Below are positions 54,199 to 64,000 of a DNA stretch of 64,000 nt, piece after piece. The first letter of the stretch is position 1; each line of letters begins with the position of its first letter. The stretch comes from Trichinella spiralis. Lineage: Eukaryota. The notes beneath the pieces are model-generated. The model had not been told where the DNA came from and searched no databases. It was given only the letters and a program-made list of their open reading frames with translations. Where the stretch lies: NCBI RefSeq assembly GCF_000181795.1, contig NW_003526941.1, forward strand, positions 10,222,856 through 10,286,855, given 5' to 3'. Made by a program: the position numbers and the translations under genes.

Positions 54199-57100
54199 AT
54201 GCCATTTGGAAGAACGTACAGCGTGTATTTAAATGCTGCCGGCAAGGAAAACATCGTTTTGTTGGAAAACACACGCAACAAGGACTGCGTGCTTGGCTTT
54301 GCCAATGGTGTCGTATTATCTTTAGGTAAATGCGCAACTGATATTCTTTTTATTTAAATAAAAATAAAATTGTAGATCAAAAGAAATGGTTGATATTGAA
54401 GAGTGATTGTAATAAAATATGCGACGTGCACGCTTGTTTGGGTGTTTTATCTCTTCCTGTTGTGGAAAGTAATGCAGTATTATTTTTATTTATTAGAAAT
54501 TATAATTATTAAACCCATACTTTTTTAGCTGAGGGTTCTTTCGTTCAATACTTAATCGTTGTCAAAAATGCCAGTCTAATTGGTCAACTGTTTAACTGTG
54601 AAGCGTATCGCATTACTGATGTAAACTGTTTGCCACTTTGGGGAGATTTAAACCAGAAACCCTCTGATCCTCGTATTATTCAAGTAACTGCATTTGGAAA
54701 TGTTGTCGTGCATTTTTAAAATGTTTGCCTTGATGTTTTAGATTCAAAAATTACTTTCATGCGGATTATTCTTGTTTGGCTGGTCGAATGCCCAGAACGC
54801 GTTTGTCGATATTAGTTTAGCAATGCAACGTCAGTTTCTCAATAATAAAAAAGGCGATACTCGATTTCACTGGTAAGATAATGATGTCTGATGATATTCT
54901 GATTGAAAATTGATAAGCTTTATCGTGATAAACTATTTGCACTTTTATTTATTGTGTATTTTGATATGAAATAATGTGATCGACCTTTTGGTGGAAATCG
55001 ATTACTTTCACATTAATAAATCTGCTTCACATAAAAAGTATCGATTATCATTGATTTTCTCGCAATTTTCAATATTGAATATGTAAACAGTTTGTAACTT
55101 TTACGATAATTTATAACTAAAAAAAAGAAAGAAAAAAGCATATTAAAAGTCTTTTATTCTAGAAATTTCATTATATAATAATTATTTTTAATGTAAGATG
55201 GGTGATTATTTAATTATGTGAAATTTTAAAAATACTTTCACGTTAGGAATTTAACTTTACGTTCGCATCTGCAACAATTTGGCATTGATGCAGAAGATTG
55301 GGTGACGCCTTGCATATGCGGCGTCATTGAAGTGAAAACCGCCTACGTTGGTCACCAACAAGCCAAAGCTTGCATAATATCCAGGATAAGCAGTGAACGG
55401 ATGGGAACGCGGTTCAATGTTCGTGGTGTTAATGATTTTGGCAATGTTGCTAATTTCATCGAAACCGAACAAGTAGATTGTTTTCAAAGTCATACTTTCC
55501 TGTATTTATTGTTGTTGTTGTTATTCTATATTGATTTGCAGGTAATTTTCTATAACGACAATGTGGTATCGCACGTGCAGGTTCGCGGATCGGTGCCACT
55601 GTTTTGGGATCAGCCGGGCATTCAAGTTGGCTCGCATAAAATCAAAATCAACCGTAGCTTGGAAGCTAGTTTAGTAGCTTATGAAAAGTGAAACTGCTTG
55701 ATTGTAAAGTTTTTTTTCTTTAATCTTATTTTTATTGTATGCTTTAGACATTTTCAACAGATGAAAATTTGTTATGGCAGTGCAGCAATTATTAATTTGT
55801 TGGGAACAAAAAATGATGAAAATACTCTATCCGAATCATATCAAGTAGACATTTGTTATTTTTTTTGTGGTTATTTGGGTGATTTTGAATTGGTTTAGAC
55901 GATTCATTCAGATTCGACTTTTGATTCAGTTATTCCATTTATTTCGTTTGATTTGCATTCTGAAGCGAAGGGAAGCAGCAGATCTGAGTGTTTGAAAAAA
56001 CTTTGGCCGAAATTAGAAACTCTCGTCAGTACTCATGGTTTTTTCCATTGCAGCGGTAGTGAACTGTTGAGGTGATAAATATTACTATTTGAATAACAAT
56101 AATTTATTTGTTGTTTTATTATAATAAATTGTTTAATTTTAAATAAAACTAATGAATTTCAGGAAGCAAACAGGTGTATTAAGAGTGAATTGTTTGGATT
56201 GTTTGGATAGAACAAATTCAGTGCAGTCGTTGGTTGGCTTGAAAATATTGCAACAACAGTTAGCAGCTCTTGGCTTGTCGGACAAGGCGAATATCTGCAC
56301 GCGTTTTGTGGAATTGTTCAAAGCTTGTTGGACACTGAACGGCGATCACTGCAGCAAATTGTACACTGGAACGGCTGCTCAGGAAGGAAAATCAAAGGTA
56401 TACTTTAATTTTAAAATAATTTTTTTTGTTTTCATTTTAAAATAAAACTACGTTCAATTGTTGATTTTGCATTATTTGATATTATTTTTTCTATTCAAGT
56501 TCAAAGATGCATCCATTTCGGTCACTCGTACAATACAGGGAAATTTGATGGATAAATCCAAGCAGCAAGCGATGAATTTTTTGCTAAGAAATAGCAAACT
56601 TGGAACTGATACAGTTGCTCAGATCAACTGCATAGTGCCAAATAGAAATTTTCATGGTATCAATTTGAAGTTGTTTTTTATTTTTGTAATTTTTGTAGAT
56701 AATCAAGTTCGTTAATTTTTTGTTTAGTGTATCCGTCGATTGGGACTTCACTGATTGAAAAAGTGGAAGAATTTGTCGATCCACTCCAGTTGCGTTTGTT
56801 CTGCGGTACGTGGAACGTCAACGGCGGACAATTGGCCAGCAGTGTGGTATTTCGAAATGAGTCCTCTCTGGCTGATTGGTTGATCAATTTGATGCCCAAC
56901 TTTAACGGTAAACAGTTTCTACAATGCATGCACAAAGTGCGGTGGATAATTTGTGCATTTTATGCTTTTTGTTAGGTGACGCATCCCATCGAAAACTGTA
57001 TGACATTTATGCTATTGGCTTGCAAGAGATGGTCGATTTGAACGCCTCGAATGTTCTGAACGCGAGGTATCGCGAATTTTATTCTTCATTTTTGCAGTTT

Positions 57101-59166
57101 TATCAAAATGTATGATAATTGTTTCAGCGTATCGTATCAGAATAGTTGGCGGGATGCATTTTTGAAAGAATTGAATTCAATAAGTCAATACGTTTTGCTT
57201 GAAACAATACAACTTGTAGGTATTTGTCTTTTTGTATTTGTTCAGCCAGAATTGCTTGTTCACATAAGGTAAAAAGTTATTGAAAAATCACACAAAGTAG
57301 AATATGAGAAAACAATCAATTATAATAATTATCACTTTCAAGGGATGTTTCTACTGCTGCGGTGAAAACAGGATTCGGAGGTACAATTGGTAACAAAGGT
57401 GGAACGGCCATCTCGTTCACGCTTGGCGCTTCTTCGCTATGCTTCATTTGTTCTCACTTCACAGCCGGCCACTCTCAAGTGCAAGAACGCAACGACGATT
57501 ATGAAGGCACATGTAGACGATTGCGTTTTCCATCGGTATTTTTATAATTTAATTTTTATTCAATTCAATCTAATTTATTATTTTCCACGATAGGGATTGA
57601 ATTTGTTTTCCCACGACTTTATATTTTGGTTTGGCGATTTCAACTATCGCATAGACATGGCTGGCGAGGAAGTGAAGCATTTGGTCGATTTGCGAGATTT
57701 TGACTCATTGCGTGAAGCGGATCAGCTCGTACAGCAAAAAATGGCCGGATGTGTACGTGCAGAATTAATAATTGGCTCCAGATTTTTCTTTTCAATCTTT
57801 TCGTTTAGGTATTTATTGAATTTGAAGAAGGTTTGATCAATTTTGCACCGACATATAAATATGACGCATTTTCCGACAATTACGATACATCTGAAAAGGC
57901 TCGCGTGCCCGCCTGGACGGACAGGATATTTTTTCGAAAACGGCGTCCATATTTCAAAGCCCAAGATACTTGTCAATTGCTAGTTTATTGTCGAGCTGAA
58001 TTGAAAACATCCGATCACCGGTAAGATATGAAATTTAAATATATAGCCAACAGACGGTCTTGAATTTGCACTTTAAATTTTCCTCCCACGGGATACTATT
58101 TGATTTGCATATTTGTTGAATAAATAATCAGGCCAGTTGGCGCGGTGTTCAATTTGCACATTGGTCACACGAACGTGGACAAGCTGCGTAATGCGGTTGA
58201 AGATATTGTCAGCAGCATGGGTCCTCGCGACGCAACCGTCATGGTCAGTGTCCAAAGTCAACGCGACATGGTACCATTTGTCGATTCCGTCTTGGAAAAG
58301 ATACGACATCTCGGCATCAAGGCATTGCTCACTAAATGCATCGGTGAGCATCTGTTTTGCACTTTTGGCAAATCTGAAGACGCGATAGCCGCTCTCAGTA
58401 TGGATGGTGTCAAAGTATTTTATTTATTTATTTGAAAAATATTTTAATGGTAAAAATTTCAATTTCCTATTTCGTGTTATACACTTAGATTGGTCAGAAT
58501 GTGCTCTGCGTTCGTTTGAAAACGACCGACTGGGAAACTGATTGCCAAAATGTTGTAAATCAATTATTCAATGATGATGATTTTGATAAAAATTCTAATA
58601 ATTCAAGTTTGAATGACCGAAGAAATAATGGTAAGTCATCTTTTTTGTTATTTAAATTAATAATTTTCATTTATTATTGTCACTGATTTCATTTTTTAAT
58701 ATTATGTGCTCTATTTGGTTTGTTTATTCTTCATTATGATAATTTTGTTTCTAGTGGTTTAACAGTACTTTGCATTTTTTGTTGATAGTGTTTCTTTTTC
58801 TTCCAAAGCATGCAAGCGCAACATATTAGCACTGTGTTGGTGAAATGTAAAAAATAAAATTGCACTCTGTGCCGATTTGGACTTTTTGTTTCTCTTTTTT
58901 TAAAAAATTATTTAATCTTAGGACTATCTTGATTTTTTTTCAAATACCGTATACTTTTTGTTTGTATGTTTGTGGAATGGATACTAGCGATTGTCAGAGT
59001 ACGTTTGATGTTTGACAGTGTTCGAATATAATTTCCCTTTGCATATAAGATGTGTAAAATGTAAATTGGTGCATATTGGAAAATGAGTTAATTTCTAGAA
59101 GCGGCAATGTCAAATTCAACCGCTCCGGTTCCTCAACGGCCGCCCCCGCCTAAGAGATATTCTTGA
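54199..59166 (+). CDS. SYNJ1: Synaptojanin (SAC1 + inositol 5-phosphatase + RRM-like domain + short Pro-rich tail), multi-exon
   Basis: [34 protein letters not shown]1 CX5RT motif [53 protein letters not shown]; last exon ..[14 protein letters not shown]. Confidence 0.95.
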
Positions 59167-59540
59167 TTCGTCAGAATTGTTGACTGCTTTTTGGTACTTA
59201 ACTGAAATGTATCTTTTGTTCTTACGATTTATTCACTGCCCATGGTGCATAGAAAGAAAATTGATTATGAAAATTAACATAATTTTCAAATTTGTGCAAT
59301 TTTTATTTAATTTGAAAAATTTTCGTAAACATACTCTCAGTTCTGCAGTTGTGATTTTTATTTTGCATTTGAATCAGATGAAGTGAGCTAAATCCAAAGG
59401 TAAAAAATTCGAATCAATTAATAAATGTCTTTTGTTTTTTTTAATTTGAAACTGGTAGAACAAGCAGTATGCTTGCCTGTGGTTGTTCAGTTTGACAGTT
59501 AAATAGGGGATTGATTTTTACAAAGAAGAAAAATATTCAT

Positions 59541-60804
59541 TCATGATAATGTTGTTGCTGCGGTTGTTGTTGTTGTTGTTGTTGTCACTTGTTGTTGTGG
59601 TGGAATCGAATTGATGCAAATTGTGTTCACCGGGTGCGGCATGGATTGGTAGATTAAAATTCCGACCACAGCATAGCTGGTGCTGCAGAAGAGAACGATA
59701 ATTTGTAAAATGCAAGCACTGAAGGCAAGCCAAAATGAATAGCCGATCTGAAAAATGATAGAAATTAATCCAGATAAGCCAGAGATTATTATTTTTGTAA
59801 TGAATTATTGTAAAATTTGACTTGTATATTGCTTTCTTGTTTGTTCAATTGCGGAATCTAGTTGTGCATTATTTTATTTTGGAAAAAAATGTAAATTTCC
59901 ACACCAGCAGACTGGTTTGTCAGTTTGTGTTGTGAACTTTGAAATGTTAATGGTCTGGACATGCCACATACATATTCAATTCAAAGATGAATTAAATTTT
60001 CGTATTAAAATGAGAATCGTTTTTGATAGAAATTTCATCAGCAGTTTGCAAATTTAATTTACTTGGTGTCAATGAGAACAATGGTTGCTTGGATACAGAC
60101 ACTATTAATATGTAAAGTAACATATTCGATGAATGTACCGTGTAATAGTCGGACGAGGTTTTACTTTGCATAATGTAAGACATGTTGTAGAAGATATTTA
60201 CTGCGGTAATGCTAGCTATGGCTAAAATACAACAGTAAATAGCATATATAAATCTGCATGTATGTATATATATATAGTTTGGATACGTACTGGAGAATAA
60301 ATTCAACAACGTCCATGAAATGCCGGCGAATCTTGGCTCATCAATCAAACCAGCAACGAACAAAGCAATCAGCGATAATAAACCCGAGCTGCTTATTAAT
60401 CCAATTGTAGCAATATCCCATTCTAAATCAGTAAGGACAAAGTTAGTTGTAAATATATGTGTGTGTGTGTGCACTGTATTTCTCAACTGGTAAAAAAAGG
60501 AAACAAAGAACTTTCTACCCGAAGCTTCTTCAACTTTATCGCCAAATATGTGATTGGTTCCAAATTTGCATGTGCACATCCAACCGATGAAATCGATCTG
60601 TTCAATAGCGTTCAGGCGTTGTTTCCACAAACAGTCTACACACAGGCCACGTTGGAAATAAGTTTCGAATTCGGTTGTTGTATGAAGCTCTTGCCATGCA
60701 GGTGTCAACAGTGCCACGAAGAATAAGATGATTGCAAAAAGTTGCAGCACTAAGCCGAATACTTGGAATGTCAAGCGAATTGTTTTCAACTGGTACTGTT
60801 CCAT
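59541..60804 (-). CDS. Clc-like/claudin-superfamily tetraspan membrane protein, 4 exons
   Basis: TM1 followed by TPAWQ..RGLCVDC..WMC. Introns at 60518-60423, 60290-60222 and ~60138-59748. The last exon reads IGYSFWLAFSACILQIIVLFCS..TTTTTTTAATTLS*. Confidence 0.8.
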
Positions 60805-63166
60805 TTGATATTATTCAATCAATATTGGATTGTTTGTGATTTGAAAATATTCTTCTATTTCAATTGAATTGAATTGAATAAAATTAATTTTACATTCTAC
60901 ACTGCTGGTATATAAATAAGTCACACGATTAAAATTTACTACAACACGAACGAAGAATTTTGAAAGCCAAAAAAAAACGACAACAGTCCAGTTTCGATAA
61001 AATCAACATGTACCACCAATTAATCAGACGGTGCAGAGAAAAAATAATTTAATGTAGAAAATTTTTTCTCTGTTTCACTTCTTTTCCACAATTCTGATTG
61101 GGCAATTTACTGATGACGTCACCAACTGTTGTTGCTTTAAATCGTTTTTGACAGTCAATTTTGGCTAAATAAATGTTTTTATTTTCTCAATCCAACAACA
61201 ACTCAGTACACGACATGACAAAATGCGACATTTTCCATCGAAAGTTATTAAAATTAAAACGAGAAAAAAAGATCCACTAATCAATATTACTGTATAAATG
61301 TGGATGAATAGCCAGTTTGTAAACTTTTAAAATTATCCGTCTGTTTTATGTATTTGGCAATTCATTTTTGTCAAATAGCTCTCCATAAAAGTACAGCTAA
61401 TTAAATGTCAATAAATAAATAAATACATGTTTGCGGTTATTTTTATATACATTTATGCAAAGTCGCTATGGAGATGATGATTGAAAATGCTGAATAAATG
61501 TTCTCTCTATCAATTCAATTTCTATTTTTATTCTTTTTTAAATTGATTCGCCAACACACTTCAGCTTTTCATGGAAAAGTTCAGTTCACTGTAACGTTAA
61601 TTAACACTTATATATACTTTTAATGTTCTTTTTTGCGTTTTAAACTTTTTGCATTTCTCTTTAATCACGTTTGAAAATGTTTAATTTGCATTTCATTTGA
61701 AATAATTCACTGTTCATTATTGTTTTCCGATCAATATATCCGATGAAAATATGTGGAAAATTTTTTTTCATTTCAAAATATTTTCAATTAATCAACACTT
61801 TTGAATTAAATATTAATAATTTTTTTTTAATTTTTTGTCCTACTGTGAAATTTGTTGCAAAAGTCAGGTTCGACTTTTTTTCCCTCGTCATCACTGAACC
61901 AGTTTTGTTTTTTCTTTAATTATTCATTTGGCTCAGTCGGATTGTCTCTGCTCCACGGCACTGTCGTGAATGTCTGTTTCGGTCTGCTGAACATTCTACT
62001 GTTAAAATTGTGTGAGTAATTGGGCTATTTTTCTTTTATCAGTTTTAAATTATTTTTGAAATATATTTTATCTCCTTTGAACTTTAATGAAAGTGAAATT
62101 TTATTTCATAAATTTTGCTTTTCGAAGGCTGAAATGAAAACATTTTTTTCTGATCTTTCCGTTTATCAATTTAGCGAAATGCAATTGCATTTCGTTGGCG
62201 TACGAATTTCAATTTTATGAATTTTGAAGTTTCCTTTCTTTATGTACGACTGACATTATTTAAGGAAGAATTTTAACAATTGAACTTTTTAGTAAATGTA
62301 AATCTATCATGATAAGATGCATGCAGCTGTACAGCCGACTTTTTCGACCGTTATACAGTTTGGTTAACTAAATAATATCGCCGATGACCGACTACAAATG
62401 CAATTATATGCTACTACTTGCAGGTAAGTTTCTTTTTTTCCTGGCATTTTTTGGCGCGAATTTTTAAAGTACCTGAATGTTTTTACGTTTTTTCTCCTAA
62501 GTGGGTCATTTTTGTAAGTTTTTTTTTGAATTTCGATTCAAGATTAAGCAGCTGTTTTTAAATGTGAAATAACATTTCCGTGAGTTTTGGTTTTGCTGAA
62601 ATATTTTATACACCAATTTCAGCTTTATTTTTTAAAATATATATATATATACTTCAGAATTCAAACAAATTTGTAAAGTTTATTTATTAGTTCATATCGT
62701 GTTGTACAGCTTTGAAAATAAATGAGGCTAATAATTCCATGTCAATTTATCGAAAATAAGTGTGGTATTTATTTTTCTTCGTTCATATTTCAAAACATTT
62801 ATCTGGGTTACAGTATGTAGATTCGAATTCAAAATTGCCACGTAGAAGGTACGGTAGAAAGTAAGGTTGTTGTACTCTGAAGGACATGAACGTTTGGAGA
62901 ATTGTTTGAAATTTCTCCAACACAACACTTGCAATGGCATATTAGAGATTTAAATGAAATTTACCCGAATTTTCATACTTCAATGGTACAGAAAGTGTTT
63001 TGAATAATTAATTCCAAGTAGCCAGCAAAAATGGGCAACATGCCAATGATTGTATTGTTGATCAGTTTTATTTGGATAAACCTGAAAGCTGTGGAGAGTG
63101 AGTGAGGAAGAATGAAATGAACTTTTAAAAGAATAACAAAGAAAACAGCAACAGCATCAAACACAT

Positions 63167-63346
63167 TCAGACGGTTGTGTTGTGATGGACGTTGTTCATT
63201 TTGCTGGTTTGCCATGGTTTGTTGGTCCGTTTTTGTTGACTGTGAATCACGAATATTAATATTGCGCAGATAATGCTGCAAAACAACGCAGCAATTTGCA
63301 ATATTGCACCACCAGCGGCTAGCCAAAACGAGTAGCCCAATGTTTG
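63167..63346 (-). CDS. Terminal exon of a second Clc-like/claudin-superfamily gene (upstream exons not found, probably beyond the window)
   Basis: TTTCAG acceptor followed by QTLGYSFWLAAGGAILQIAALFCSIICAILIFVIHSQQKRTNKPWQTSKMNNVHHNTTV*. It aligns with the last exon of the 59541-60804 gene (GYSFWLA..ILQI..LFCS). Confidence 0.8.
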   Translation of the reverse strand, partial: QTLGYSFWLAAGGAILQIAALFCSIICAILIFVIHSQQKRTNKPWQTSKMNNVHHNTTV

Positions 63347-64000
63347 CTGAAATGCAGAAAAACATTGTTAATTTCATTATGTCTTTCTGCTCATCTTACA
63401 ACTACAAAACAGAATGTGCATTTTTTGATATGCTTTTTACATTTTAAATATCAAATATTTTTTATCTGCGGTCAAACAGAACTTGAAATCAAAAGCTCCA
63501 TGTTGAAATTGAAACATGATGATAAACAGCTAAACTATTTGATGAGATTCATTGGCAAACTGGATATTTTGCACATATTTTCAAAAGTTTGTGCAAATTG
63601 TGTGAACTTCTGATCTAGAAACGACAATCTGCAAGTGTGATCTGTTTCTATGAAAAATTAATTTATCCACAACTTGACATGCTAATTTTAGCAGACTATG
63701 TGTGGAACTAGAAATCAATTTGACAAAATAGCTATGCTGAGAATTTTATTGAGATTTTTTTTCGGCTTTTGTAATTTACATTATTTCATTTGTCTTCATT
63801 TTTTTCTTCAAAACTAGAATAGCCAAAATATGAATAATATAAATAAACCAAAACAAGCGTAGCTGTTTTGGTAGTACTATCGACAACAGGAGCTGTTGTC
63901 AGTTGACTTCTTGAGGCGGTGATTGCACTGTTTGTCAATGAGAAATGGAAATTTTGTTCTGATGATTTAATGTTGTAAAAGAATTGCAAATTTTGAAGTT

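Noticed and set aside
13827..59166. U12-type (RTATCCTT / AT-AC) introns
   Set aside because: All junctions I reconstructed were ordinary GT-AG; not every LYST junction was resolved.
62973..63377. 134-aa ORF resembling a secreted protein
   Set aside because: An overlapping frame gives a clear claudin-like terminal exon with a canonical acceptor.
1..64000. tRNA, rRNA, CRISPR or prokaryotic systems
   Set aside because: The sequence is intron-rich eukaryotic DNA. GGTTCGA-like hits lack cloverleaf context, and no regular repeat-spacer array is present.

Overview
This is AT-rich eukaryotic genomic DNA with many short GT-AG introns (about 50-100 nt) and TTTCAG/TTTTAG acceptors. The style is nematode-like, most plausibly Trichinella; that is inference, not a database result. 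Positions 1-6.7 kb are repeat-derived or decayed sequence: a palindromic foldback repeat, an array of perfect 5' splice-site motifs and a degenerate tandem duplication. The rest is gene-dense. In order: a small 3-exon HLH gene lacking a basic region (Id/emc-like, split so the ORF track misses the domain), LYST, an intronless USP39, a deleted pogo/Tigger transposon, an SLC26 anion transporter, POP5, OGDH, CDP-DAG synthase, SF3A2, synaptojanin and two tandem Clc/claudin-like genes (the second is partial and lies in a frame the ORF track does not show). No tRNA, rRNA or CRISPR array could be supported. Gene spans were assembled by hand from splice signals. The best novelty candidate is the basic-less HLH gene; I found no clear multi-gene novel system.
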